Virus record (IMG/VR): IMGVR_UViG_3300023202_000102
Location: 130,700-193,802 of that record
Reading direction: 5' to 3' (one strand)
DNA: 63,103 nt
DNA from: a virus
Lineage: Duplodnaviria > Heunggongvirae > Uroviricota > Caudoviricetes
Shown here: piece by piece, positions 36,801-45,452 of the stretch
How positions within the stretch are numbered: position 1 is the first letter of the stretch
Layout: every line of letters begins with the position of its first letter
Notes under the pieces: generated by a model
Seen by the model: the letters and a program-made list of their open reading frames with translations, nothing else
Told to the model about the DNA's origin: nothing
The model's database searches: none
Position numbers and translations under genes: made by a program

Positions 36801-38113
36801 ATCTTGAGACTGATCTCGACATGAACAATAACGACATCATTATGGGCACTGGCCTTGTTGATGGTGTAGATGTATCTTCTCACGCTTCTAGGCATGAGGA
36901 GGGTGGTGCTGATGAAATTGAAGTTTCTGACATGGGAACATCAGAAACAGACTCTACTCTTGTTCTTCAGCCAGATGGTTCTGGCGGGGTTGAATGGGGC
37001 CCTGGGCCTGTAGCTCCTGTTTTCGAAGCTTATGATGCTACTGGCGGTACATCATTCACGGGGACTGCTGTAACTGTCCCTCTTGCAACTGAGCGTATAA
37101 AAGATTCTATTTATACTCACTCGACTGTTACTAATAATGGTCAGGTAACAGTTACAGAAACAGGAGATTACAGGATTACAGCTCAGGTTGGTACTCAAAT
37201 TACATCGGGTAATGCGCGTTCAACATCTGAGATGTGGCTTGAAGTTGATACTGGCGGGAGCTTCTCAGAAGTTCCAGGCTCTAGAGGGTTCATGTATAAC
37301 CGTAAAACTGACGAGGGCGGAACTCACGCATCAAGAACTCTTCTATTAAATGTCACAGCTGGTGATGTTTTCAGAATGCGTGTGGTAAGAACCTCAGGTT
37401 CTAACGCCATAACTCTTAAAGCAAATAACTCATCGCTAGTTATTGAGCAAAGGGGAATCGTTGGAGTGTCTTCTCCGGCAGCGCATGCAAGCACTCACAT
37501 ACAAAACGGGTCTGATGAGATTGATGGTGATCAGTTAGGTATTACATATGCTCCAACTAATTATACTAGAACAACATCTCCAACTGAGGTAACTCTTGTA
37601 CAGCATTTAACCGCTCATTTGGGTGGTATTGATGATGAGCTTGCTACTTTGGTAACTGGACCAGGGTCAGCTACAGATAATGCCATTGCAAGATTTGATG
37701 CAACCACAGGTAAGTTAATTCAGAACTCTGGTATCACCATTTCTGATGGAAACAATATTGCAAACATGAATGCTGCATCATTTGATGCTGAGGGTTCTGC
37801 TGGATCTTCGGGAGCTGGAACATTCAATATTAACTTTAGCACATTAGGTCAAAAAGTAGCGGCAACCCTTACAGGAGACTGTACCTTTACATTCACCTTC
37901 CCAGGTGTTGGTAACTACATCTTAAAGCTTACTCAGGACGGTACGGGTGGTAGAGATCCTACGCTACCAGCAACAATGAGAGCTGCATCTGGTTTATTGA
38001 ATCTTTCATCGGCTGCTAACTCAATAACTGTTTGGGCTTTATATTATGATGGAACTAATGTATATGCGTCGGCTATGCCTTCTGCATCTACAGCAACAGT
38101 GAATTTGGTGTAA
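33887..38113 (+). CDS. Fibre protein 3 (1408 aa, repeat-rich)
   Basis: Same repeat family plus 'NH...T.NPHST' units, a C1q/TNF-like segment 'GQVTVTETGDYRITAQV', and a C-terminal 'LKLTQDGTGGR' module. Confidence 0.75.
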   Translation: MAIRNITVELRNTTGSTISFGSFDILAGQQGLIWDAVNYTAGSTDNFEEVLNDEALFNESIGNGDLVMEVNDVDQSTTDAWAQFDELRNAFKESKIKDTFAILKLEGENTIGLNIDYDSSTFSITSPFDLGGQNITNVGNVDGRDVSADGTTLDNHVGSTANPHSTDLSNLGSGTLAELNVLITDATLTDDHGSLNGLSDDDHTQYLLADGTRAMTGALDMGTNNITNVGTVSGVDLADVVIGPASADDDSIVTFNGTTGKLVQGTMASVNSSGHLTSVRYLLGSDLSLVPIVGGQSVMTSWHGLQLVGNKQSTVNYSPTNVGTANQFGVVVPSQDTNADASFAIVGASGQTGDLFRVLDDGLTELMSIDISGNITFAGSQTVDGVDVSTHASRHISGGADEIDGDQIDIDWNPSNYTPTTSPTEVTSLDHLTAHLAGIDSALSSVGVTDHGALTGLGDDDHTQYLLVDGTRAMSGDLDMGANDITDVTQITFDSQNIDAIQVNDGGTTRRMFGFRGSDQTLFIGDDNAISGIDKHKYEAVTRMLWEISGSAKITITSTTTTFGNPLDMDANAITNVGNVDGRDVSADGTALDNHIASTANPHSTDVGNLGSGTLAELNAAITDATLDDSSDSRTPSGSAGGDLSGTYPNPTVTDLTITDEERGSIIFFNGSNWVHLAPGTSGQVLETQGTGADPIWATSPTGVTDHGALSGLGDDDHTQYLLVDGTRAMSGNLDLGTNAITNVGNVDGRDVSADGTALDNHIANTSNPHSTSISNIGSGTLAELNSAVTDATLDDSSDPRDPNAHATSHESGGSDEIEISDMGTSENNTALVLSPDGAGGVSWTAAAGDVTGPGSSTDNALARFDGATGKLIQNSGITIDDSDIIDGVSRLDFAGATATSGSINIPDEGSIWTHSDAADRRMLEVTDDTMYVGQNTGGGSLATVDLEAATSVTVSIGATDVIATFAETLFDLETDLDMNNNDIIMGTGLVDGVDVSSHASRHEEGGADEIEVSDMGTSETDSTLVLQPDGSGGVEWGPGPVAPVFEAYDATGGTSFTGTAVTVPLATERIKDSIYTHSTVTNNGQVTVTETGDYRITAQVGTQITSGNARSTSEMWLEVDTGGSFSEVPGSRGFMYNRKTDEGGTHASRTLLLNVTAGDVFRMRVVRTSGSNAITLKANNSSLVIEQRGIVGVSSPAAHASTHIQNGSDEIDGDQLGITYAPTNYTRTTSPTEVTLVQHLTAHLGGIDDELATLVTGPGSATDNAIARFDATTGKLIQNSGITISDGNNIANMNAASFDAEGSAGSSGAGTFNINFSTLGQKVAATLTGDCTFTFTFPGVGNYILKLTQDGTGGRDPTLPATMRAASGLLNLSSAANSITVWALYYDGTNVYASAMPSASTATVNLV

Positions 38114-38114
38114 C

Positions 38115-38831
38115 ATGGCAGTAGCATTTGACGCAGTAGCTAATGGTTCCGGGTACCCACAAAACCCAGTAACTGTATCTCACTCCTTGGGTTCGGCTTC
38201 AGGAAACGATAGAATTGTTTTAGCTTTTGTGGAAGCTATTGGTCCTGCTCCGCATGTATTTATACAGTCTGATTATGATGGCGTTGCCATGACTCAGCTT
38301 ACTCAGGAGTCTGTAACTATTTTTGGTCGTGAAACTTCCGTTACTGTCTTTTATCTCTTAGAATCTGACCTGCCAGCTTCCGCAGGTTCTTATGATTTTG
38401 AATTTGAAATTAATGCTGGGGCTTACGGTTCTTTTGCAGGCATTATTTCCTATACAGGAGTTAACCAGGTTGCCCCTCCATTTGACGGCTCTAGTAACTC
38501 TAACAACCCAGCATTATCTGGTGCTTACTCCACTAATATAACTGTAGCTGCGGGAGATGGAATACTAGTAGATGTATTTGGTGGAGAGCCTTCTGCAGGA
38601 GCCGGGACGGGAACTCCAGGAGCATCTCAAACAGAACGAGTGGATGTGGGAGATTTGGATGAGTACTTTTTCATATCAGATAAAGTTTTCTCATCATCTG
38701 GGGCTAATTCAATGTCCTGGACTCCATCTGGAAGTTACTGGACAGCCGCTCATGTAATCGTAGAGCTTGCTCAGGCTGGTGGCGGCGGCGGTGGCGAAGA
38801 AGAATCAATGATGTTCGGAATGAATTTTTAA
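38115..38831 (+). CDS. Putative fibre-tip / beta-sandwich structural protein
   Basis: Two beta-sandwich-like halves rich in Ser/Gly/Ala; abuts fibre 3. Confidence 0.45.
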   Translation: MAVAFDAVANGSGYPQNPVTVSHSLGSASGNDRIVLAFVEAIGPAPHVFIQSDYDGVAMTQLTQESVTIFGRETSVTVFYLLESDLPASAGSYDFEFEINAGAYGSFAGIISYTGVNQVAPPFDGSSNSNNPALSGAYSTNITVAAGDGILVDVFGGEPSAGAGTGTPGASQTERVDVGDLDEYFFISDKVFSSSGANSMSWTPSGSYWTAAHVIVELAQAGGGGGGEEESMMFGMNF

Positions 38832-38840
38832 GGTAATATT

Positions 38841-39998
38841 ATGACAATTTCAATAGCAAAATTAACAAACATATCAGATGAGGAAATATTCGTTGGGAAC
38901 GTTACAGCAATGCCTGGCGAATCATTAACCTATTGGGATGTTGGAGATCAGTCTGAAGCGGATGAAATCCTTACAGAGATAAGACTTGCAGAGTCTGAAA
39001 TGTTTTCTTTGATAGAGGACGGATATGCCGAAATGATAGAAGACGGGGCAACTATATCCTTTGAGGATTCCGTCCAACATTTCAATGCAATAAAGGTTAA
39101 CTCAGATAGGAACAAAAATGTTGGAGCTATTATTGCCAATGGCATTACCCTGAATGAAAATAAAGACTCCAGAGGCAATATGATGTTTGTCAATGAGTCT
39201 AGAACAGGCTCTGATCTTGAAATAGTTACTCATAATTTTTCTGATAGAACAACGTGGTATACAGAATCTGTAAGAGTTTATGGAGAAGATGTTACAGAAT
39301 TTACTTCATCTGAAGACGGGTATACATGTGAGTTAAACCATAAGTTTGTTATAGACCTGGATCATGGAAAAGTTCATAATGAGGATAAGATTTGCAGTGA
39401 ATCTATTGCAGCCGGATCTCATGGTTATAGACCAATTGTGTTCGTAGATGGCTATGTGCAGTGTGAGCTTACACCATGGGAGGCTTCAGTTGATAACTGT
39501 AATTATAAAATAAACTATAGAGATGGGTACATTACTTTTTTTGAGGATGTATCAGAGTCACTTGTTAAGGTTGACTATTCATATGAGAATGGTTCAACTT
39601 GGATACTTCAGCCAAATCCTGGTAAAGGTGTTGACATTGAAAAATCAGAGGCTCAGTTTTCTAAAGACTTAATTTTTAATGATGCTATTGATTTTCAAAT
39701 TTGGGCGTACAATCCCTATGACTTACCTAACAGAGTTCCCGTGCAAACTGCATCTTACAAGTCTATTCATAACTTTGTAGACGAAGCTGCAGGATCGTAC
39801 CCGTTAATAGACCCTGTAGGTGGAGCAGCGCCATTGGGTTTGGTATCTCCAATAATTGGATTTCCTTTTAATTACAATACCATAAGATCATTAAACAGCT
39901 CTCAAGGTGTTCAGTTAAGGATTTCAACAAGAAATGATAGAGAGTTTGGAGGAGAAAGGGCTACGGCTACTTTTTACTGCACAATTCGTGACGAATAA
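38841..39998 (+). CDS. Putative virion structural protein
   Basis: N-terminal domain resembles those of fibres 2 and 3; 'YKINYRDGYITF' module; four DGY motifs. Confidence 0.5.
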   Translation: MTISIAKLTNISDEEIFVGNVTAMPGESLTYWDVGDQSEADEILTEIRLAESEMFSLIEDGYAEMIEDGATISFEDSVQHFNAIKVNSDRNKNVGAIIANGITLNENKDSRGNMMFVNESRTGSDLEIVTHNFSDRTTWYTESVRVYGEDVTEFTSSEDGYTCELNHKFVIDLDHGKVHNEDKICSESIAAGSHGYRPIVFVDGYVQCELTPWEASVDNCNYKINYRDGYITFFEDVSESLVKVDYSYENGSTWILQPNPGKGVDIEKSEAQFSKDLIFNDAIDFQIWAYNPYDLPNRVPVQTASYKSIHNFVDEAAGSYPLIDPVGGAAPLGLVSPIIGFPFNYNTIRSLNSSQGVQLRISTRNDREFGGERATATFYCTIRDE

Positions 39999-40034
39999 AT
40001 GTATGATTATTGTCGTATAAATTCGAGGTAACTT

Positions 40035-40334
40035 ATGGGTACAGAGAATATAGGAAAGGATTTTAACTACTACAGAAGAGTTACTGCCGTTGCTGGTACG
40101 TGGCCTCTTCCAGAAACAACCAATCCAGATGTGCAAATTGCATTTCGTGGTCCACGTCGTATGATGTTTGTTTGCACTTCAGGAACCGATGTTGAGTATT
40201 CGTTCAATGGTAACACCATTCATGGAAGAATTTCTGCAGGTCAAATTTTCAACTTTGATGTAAGAGGCGAAGATAAGGTTTGGATTCGTGGTTCCGGTGT
40301 AGTTGATGTACATGCATGGCATGTCGGAACATAA
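40035..40334 (+). CDS. Small beta-rich hypothetical (structural?) protein
   Basis: RBS GAGG, 99 aa, 'VEYSFNG...HG'. Confidence 0.55.
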   Translation: MGTENIGKDFNYYRRVTAVAGTWPLPETTNPDVQIAFRGPRRMMFVCTSGTDVEYSFNGNTIHGRISAGQIFNFDVRGEDKVWIRGSGVVDVHAWHVGT

Positions 40335-40413
40335 CAAAATACATTTAAAACTTTGGCCTCTTAGCCTAATCTTGTATACAGTAGTCAATTAGTAAGTTAT
40401 ACAGGTGAGGTAC

Positions 40414-40479
40414 ATGAAGGCTTTAGTTTTATCAAGTGGTCAAGTTGGGATTTGCAAAATTACTTGGAGGCATATATGA
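40414..40479 (+). pseudogene. Degenerate duplicate of the patatin N-terminus (21 codons)
   Basis: MKALVLSSGQVGI versus MKALVLSGGGCRGAFQVGV in the next gene. Has its own GAGG RBS; its stop overlaps the patatin ATG. Confidence 0.6.
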
Positions 40480-41450
40480 AAGCGCTGGTGTTGTCAGGAG
40501 GAGGTTGTCGTGGCGCTTTTCAAGTTGGTGTTTTGAAAAAAATGCTAAAAGAAAACCCTGAGCTGGATTATGACATCTATTCTGGTATTTCTGTTGGAGC
40601 ATTGAATACATCAATGCTTGCAAGTGGTCCTCTTAAAGAAACCTTACCAGCTCTTGAGTCTATTTGGACTCAAGACATTAAAGGCAATCGTTCTGTGTGG
40701 AAGCACAAGATGATGAAAGCTATAGGTATGTGTTTGGTATCTCTTGTTACCAGCATATGTATGGGGTTTGTGTCGTTTATTGTGGGGTGGCCGCAATGGC
40801 TAACGCTTGTTTTTGGAGGAGCCTCTGTGGCTTTATTTGGTGTCCTTGCGGTGTTTCCATTTGTTAAGTTTTTACCAAATAACAAATCTTTCTATGACAC
40901 CACGCCTCTTAGAGAGATAATAAAGAAAAGACTTAACCTTGAGAATCTTAAGAATTCTGGAAAGAGACTTCGGATTGGCGCTGTATCTTACAATTCAGGA
41001 AAGTATAGGTCTGTCAATGAAAAATCTGACAGTATTATTAGTTGGATTATGGCCTCTTCTGCCTTTCCAATTTTCTTTCCAATGGAAGATATTGATGGAG
41101 AGCTTTGGCTTGATGGAGGTGTAACTGAAACAGCACCACTAAAAGATGCTCTTGAAATGGGCGCGACTGATATTGATGTCATTCTTACCGGGCCACTCTG
41201 TGTAGCTGAAGATGACGACGATAGAGGAACTGTTATTGATCAGATGTTTAGAGCTATCGATTTGATGAGCACAGAAATTATGGCTAATGATGTGATTCAT
41301 GACAGCTCTTTACATGATAAAGGGATTAAGATTCGTATCATTGCTCCAAAGAAGCATTTTTCAGTTAACCCTCTTAGCTTCAAACCAGATAAAATAAGGG
41401 AGATGATGGAGGCAGAATTCGAATCTATCGAAGATGCCCACAATCATTAA
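40476..41450 (+). CDS. Patatin-like phospholipase with an inserted two-helix hydrophobic segment
   Basis: Oxyanion 'LSGGGCRG', nucleophile 'GISVG', 'ASSAFP', catalytic 'DGG'. Hydrophobic insertion at about aa 80-130. RBS GGAGG. Confidence 0.9.
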   Translation: MKALVLSGGGCRGAFQVGVLKKMLKENPELDYDIYSGISVGALNTSMLASGPLKETLPALESIWTQDIKGNRSVWKHKMMKAIGMCLVSLVTSICMGFVSFIVGWPQWLTLVFGGASVALFGVLAVFPFVKFLPNNKSFYDTTPLREIIKKRLNLENLKNSGKRLRIGAVSYNSGKYRSVNEKSDSIISWIMASSAFPIFFPMEDIDGELWLDGGVTETAPLKDALEMGATDIDVILTGPLCVAEDDDDRGTVIDQMFRAIDLMSTEIMANDVIHDSSLHDKGIKIRIIAPKKHFSVNPLSFKPDKIREMMEAEFESIEDAHNH

Positions 41451-41470
41451 GAGTTGATATAGTCTGGTTT

Positions 41471-42538
41471 ATGCCTGAGTTATTTCTAGACGCTAACGCA
41501 CACCTTCCAATGAATCCAAAAGCTGTTAAGGCTTTTGTTGACTTTAACCAGTCTCTTGCAGGCCATGGTCACGCCATGGCCTCATCTGCTCCTGGGCGTA
41601 AAGCTGCAGGAGCTATTGAAGAGGCACGTAAGAAAATTGCCCAATTGATTGGTGCGGAAAAGCCAGATCAGATTGTGTTCACGTCATCTTGTACACAGGC
41701 ATGTGAGTGGGGTCTAAACCTTTTGAAACAACAGGGTTTCAATAAGGTGTACCGTTCTCAAATCGAGCACAAAGCAGTATCTGAAAAAGCTAAGGAACTA
41801 TTTCCAAACAGTGAAGAGTTGTATCCGTCAAAGAACGGGCTAGTGGCATGTGGGTTTAATCCAGAACCAAGCGCGGCATTTGTGTGTATGCATGTCCAGA
41901 ATGAGATAGGAACTATTCAGAAGATTGATACTATAAAAGTACCATTCTTTTGCGACATGTCCCAATCACTTGGTAAGACCAAAGTAAATGTATCATCAAT
42001 GCCAAATTTGAAGGTGGCTGTATTTGGTGCTCATAAATTCGGCGGACCAGTTGGTGTGGGTTTCATGTATGTCAAAGACACATCTTGGTGGAAAGCGTTT
42101 GGTTCAGGTTCTAGATATTACATGGATCGTCCGGGAACGCCAGATGCAGGTATGATTGTGGCCACCGCTATAGCATTGGAAGAGGCTATCAAGAGCTTTC
42201 CTGAGAGGTATGGGAATGCTGTTCTTTTTCAAGACATTATTGAGGCTAAGATAGAGTCTAAAGGCCTTTCAATAATTGGGAAGGATAGGATACCCTTTAC
42301 TACTTTCTTTAAGGTAGGAGGCAACAGAGGGCCGTATTTGATGGCTCAGATGGAAACTGAGGGTATGTACATTGGTCTTGGCTCTGCTTGTGGCTCTGTT
42401 ACCGCTACATCCTCTGCCTTGATGACCGCAATGGGTCATGGAGGCTCAGCGCAAGATTATGTCAGGATTTCAACCTGGGGAGAATACGGCGTTAACGAAG
42501 CAAAAACGGTGGCTAGAGCTATAGCAAAATACTGCTGA
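41471..42538 (+). CDS. Cysteine desulfurase-like PLP enzyme (IscS/NifS family)
   Basis: 'FLDANA', 'IVFTS', 'IEHKAV', 'QNEIGTIQ', PLP lysine in 'AHKFGGP.GVG', 'RPGT', catalytic loop 'GSACGS', 'VRIS'. Confidence 0.88.
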   Translation: MPELFLDANAHLPMNPKAVKAFVDFNQSLAGHGHAMASSAPGRKAAGAIEEARKKIAQLIGAEKPDQIVFTSSCTQACEWGLNLLKQQGFNKVYRSQIEHKAVSEKAKELFPNSEELYPSKNGLVACGFNPEPSAAFVCMHVQNEIGTIQKIDTIKVPFFCDMSQSLGKTKVNVSSMPNLKVAVFGAHKFGGPVGVGFMYVKDTSWWKAFGSGSRYYMDRPGTPDAGMIVATAIALEEAIKSFPERYGNAVLFQDIIEAKIESKGLSIIGKDRIPFTTFFKVGGNRGPYLMAQMETEGMYIGLGSACGSVTATSSALMTAMGHGGSAQDYVRISTWGEYGVNEAKTVARAIAKYC

Positions 42539-42551
42539 TATAGCTCTGTGT

Positions 42552-42848
42552 ATGGGCAGGCGCAGGAAGCAAAAACTTGAAAAGATTCATTGTGAGGTTT
42601 GTGGTGAAGATAACAAAGCAACTTTACATAAGCATCACATTGTAGAGCGTACAGATCCGAATTCTAATGATCATCCAATGAACTTAGCTGTTCTTTGTTC
42701 GAATTGTTAGAAAATAACTATCACAAGTACCAAGTTGCCATACAAAAGAACCCTTATCTATGAAGAAGATGGGGTAAGTAATTGTCCAGGAATTAAAGAG
42801 CCTTACTATGTTCCAAAGGCCAAATCTACGAGGTTATATTTACCATGA
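42552..42848 (+). pseudogene. Small HNH endonuclease interrupted by an in-frame TAG
   Basis: CEVC...HKHHI...NLAVLCSNC, then TAG at 42708-42710. The same frame continues 45 codons to TGA 42846-42848, which overlaps the next ATG. Confidence 0.7.
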
Positions 42849-43156
42849 GAAAGATCAGTACACGAAAAAGAGCAGTAATGTCCGAAGGGGATACCATTAA
42901 ATCAATTCTTGCTTTAGCACGAGAGCAGGGGGTTGAGGACAAGGTAAAGAAAATTATCTTAAAGTATCAGGATGCAGTTAAAGGTGCTCGTGATGAGTAC
43001 CAAAGAAAGCACATTGCAGCTATGGGTTTGGCCGAAATTCACCAAACAATCGGGTGTGTTGGTGGTCTTGTAGTTGATGGTGCACAGGTTCTTCCAGAAG
43101 ACCCTGGTTATCAGGATGCCATTAACCTACATAAGTCAACCGTTAAGTTAGACTGA
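42845..43156 (+). CDS. Hypothetical protein
   Basis: 103-aa helical ORF; alternative start at ATG 42878. Confidence 0.55.
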   Translation: MRKISTRKRAVMSEGDTIKSILALAREQGVEDKVKKIILKYQDAVKGARDEYQRKHIAAMGLAEIHQTIGCVGGLVVDGAQVLPEDPGYQDAINLHKSTVKLD

Positions 43157-43215
43157 GTAGTTAAAAAAAACCATGCATAATCCACCATTTATCGGTAAGA
43201 CCCATAGGAAATAGT

Positions 43216-43473
43216 ATGGAAGAGAAATATGTTGGTAAAGTAGTTTGGTTTGATGCCAAACTTGGATATGGTTTTATCTCCAGAACTGGAGAGAAGGATA
43301 TCTTTGCTCATTGGTCAGATATCACGAGTGAGGGATTCAAGACACTAAAGAAAGGGCAAGAGGTTGCTTTTTCAGTAGGTCTTAACCATCGACAGCAACC
43401 TAAGGCCGTTGACATTGTTATCATCGGCGTAGAGGCCGAAGAAGTAGATGGTAATACGGAAAACGAAGGATGA
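43216..43473 (+). CDS. csp: Cold-shock domain protein
   Basis: 'GKVVWFDAKLGYGFI' (RNP1), 'DIFAHWSDI' (RNP2), 'GFKTLKKGQEV.F'. Confidence 0.92.
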   Translation: MEEKYVGKVVWFDAKLGYGFISRTGEKDIFAHWSDITSEGFKTLKKGQEVAFSVGLNHRQQPKAVDIVIIGVEAEEVDGNTENEG

Positions 43474-43930
43474 AGAACTTTGGATAACTAATGTCTCTCC
43501 TAAGATGGACATTAGCCTAAGCGATCTTAGAATCACGATTCGTCGTGGTCAAAGCATTAACCTGTATGCGAAAACGCCTAGGGGTAAGCCCAGGTGGAAC
43601 TTTACCAAAGAACAGATTGATGCATCTGTAGAATCTGGCTCAATCTTCAAGAAGGGTAAAGTAATTAAGATTCGAAAGGTTGCGCCCTTGATGTTCAGTA
43701 ACCGTATTGATATCAAAGAGGATGCCGTTTCTCGTGACGCCTCTAGACTTAAGCGAAAAGCTACTGAGATTGTGGTTGAAGAATTTCCAGATTTGGATTT
43801 TGAGGATGGTACAGATGCGGTTTCTCAGGAGCGTTTTGCAGCTGAGAATGCGGAAATGGATTTCCTCGATAGGGCTCCAGCTATTCCGGTGGATCCTAAG
43901 TTTAAAAAGCTATCTCAAGACGATGAATAA
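43448..43930 (+). CDS. Hypothetical protein
   Basis: 160 aa; N-terminal 'ITNVS...L.DL.ITI..GQSINL' domain, acidic tail. Confidence 0.55.
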   Translation: MVIRKTKDEELWITNVSPKMDISLSDLRITIRRGQSINLYAKTPRGKPRWNFTKEQIDASVESGSIFKKGKVIKIRKVAPLMFSNRIDIKEDAVSRDASRLKRKATEIVVEEFPDLDFEDGTDAVSQERFAAENAEMDFLDRAPAIPVDPKFKKLSQDDE

Positions 43931-43938
43931 ACCAGCAT
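43927..43938 (+). promoter_or_regulatory. Putative phage late promoter element ATAW-N4-GYAT
   Basis: ATAA-acca-GCAT, 6 nt, ATG 43945. Same spacing recurs at 49419, 51888 and 62653. Confidence 0.55.
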
Positions 43939-43944
43939 AGTACC

Positions 43945-44280
43945 ATGGGTGCTGGAACTTACATATTTGCTAACACCGGACAATTGGTTCGACTCGTTGT
44001 TCAAACTCTTGATGGATATGGAAATCGAGTGGACGGATACGTTCCTGTGGTTCAAAATTTCATCTACCCTGACTTGGGTGTAGCTTTGGGGTACCCAGTT
44101 AACATGGTGCGCCTAGAGACAGGACTGTATGCTCACGGTATTCTTATGCCAGAAGGCGCAGATGCCCTAGGCACTTACATAGCAAATGTGTACTGGGAAG
44201 AGAATGGTAACCCGAAGTGGGAGGCTTTCGCTATCTCCCTCTCCAGACCATTTGGTAATACAGCAGTGTCACCTATTTAA
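43945..44280 (+). CDS. Small Ig-like virion protein
   Basis: 'GQLVRL', 'M.RLETGLY', 'GTYIANVYW' pattern similar to the N-terminus of 46262; two DGY motifs. Confidence 0.5.
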   Translation: MGAGTYIFANTGQLVRLVVQTLDGYGNRVDGYVPVVQNFIYPDLGVALGYPVNMVRLETGLYAHGILMPEGADALGTYIANVYWEENGNPKWEAFAISLSRPFGNTAVSPI

Positions 44281-44642
44281 CGACACTCAGACTCAATCTG
44301 CTCACATGAAGTAATGTGAGCTTGACACTGTAGCCCTTGGTGAACGCCTTGGGCTACAAATGCTTCACAGACCATTTCACAGGTCTCACCACAATTACCA
44401 ATGCTCTCACCCTCATTTTTGATACAAATAGTTGGGTCTGGACAGTCTTTATCTGTAGAGCATTCATCTACCCATTCAAGTGGCTTACCTTCCTGGCATC
44501 CTAACTCTTCAAGATTAGAACATGCATTGGTACAGTCTGCTGCATCGTCTTTCTCTACAACCCCTGGAGATGAGGGTTCGTTACACATAGGGGCCATCAA
44601 GCAAAGTGATAGTCCCATTACAAAAAGTCTTCTCTTAATCAT
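44277..44642 (-). CDS. Cys-rich secreted protein / lipoprotein
   Basis: Basic-hydrophobic signal peptide followed by Cys (MIKRRLFVMGLSLCLMAPMC); many paired Cys residues. Confidence 0.65.
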   Translation of the reverse strand: MIKRRLFVMGLSLCLMAPMCNEPSSPGVVEKDDAADCTNACSNLEELGCQEGKPLEWVDECSTDKDCPDPTICIKNEGESIGNCGETCEMVCEAFVAQGVHQGLQCQAHITSCEQIESECR

Positions 44643-45451
44643 TTTTCAGTCCACGCTTCCGAGCCATCTACTATGACCCAAAGATCTCTAGTGCTAGGGT
44701 GTGTAAACACCTCTGGTTTGACATAAGCAAAACCATCATCTCCCCATTGAGTGCCCCAAGAGTTCTCGACTATGAAGATTCCATCTACATAACCTACTAC
44801 AACCATTGCATGGCCACCTTTAGGTTTATTCTCGACTCCAATAGTCTTTCCACCTCTGTATCCAAACCACTGATCACCAACCTGGGTACCAAAGATAATT
44901 GGATTGCCAGCTTTCAAGTTGAAGATCATATCTTCAAGAAGTTCCTTACCTTGAGACTTGATCTTAAAGTGTGATGTGATTCGATTTAGCCTGGATTCAC
45001 GAGCAGCCAATAAGGTTGGCTTCTTGGTAACATCTCTTACTTTGAATGGATGAAGCTCATCTCGACAAACACCGATGTCACGAAGAACATCACAAGCCAA
45101 TGATATGTAGGTTCCTTCATCCTTTTTAACTTGAGATGGGGTCATTCTATCACGAGCATTGTAATATAGGTTAAGTACAGATAGGTCTGTGTGTTTTTCA
45201 TGACCATGCTTCATGATGCGTTTGATTTCAAGTGCTTTGATAGTGCTCTGACCAACACAAGATCCTGTTGCACCTTGGTCGTGACGGGGGGAGGTGTAAG
45301 GGCGAAGGTCTACATCATCTCCGCTTTGGTACTGGTTGTTAGATTTTGACAAGGATAGCTTAGATCTATCGAACTTGTAGTATTTTTTATTGGCAGGATC
45401 TGGTTGCCATCCGCCTAGCTTAAACTTCTTTCTTCGAAATAATTTGAACAC
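44639..45451 (-). CDS. Papain-like (C1 family) cysteine peptidase
   Basis: 'VDLR', 'DQGATGSCVG' (Gln, Cys), 'GGHAMVVVGY' (His), 'ENSWG' (Asn). GTG start after GGAG. Confidence 0.9.
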   Translation of the reverse strand: MFKLFRRKKFKLGGWQPDPANKKYYKFDRSKLSLSKSNNQYQSGDDVDLRPYTSPRHDQGATGSCVGQSTIKALEIKRIMKHGHEKHTDLSVLNLYYNARDRMTPSQVKKDEGTYISLACDVLRDIGVCRDELHPFKVRDVTKKPTLLAARESRLNRITSHFKIKSQGKELLEDMIFNLKAGNPIIFGTQVGDQWFGYRGGKTIGVENKPKGGHAMVVVGYVDGIFIVENSWGTQWGDDGFAYVKPEVFTHPSTRDLWVIVDGSEAWTEK

Positions 45452-45452
45452 T

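Noticed and set aside
27825-38113. Repeated segments as diversity-generating retroelement TR/VR pairs
   Set aside because: Differences appear mostly synonymous rather than adenine-specific, all copies are coding, and no reverse transcriptase is in the window.
40476-41450. CBASS or other defence operon around the patatin
   Set aside because: No cyclase, sensor or other defence genes are recognisable nearby.
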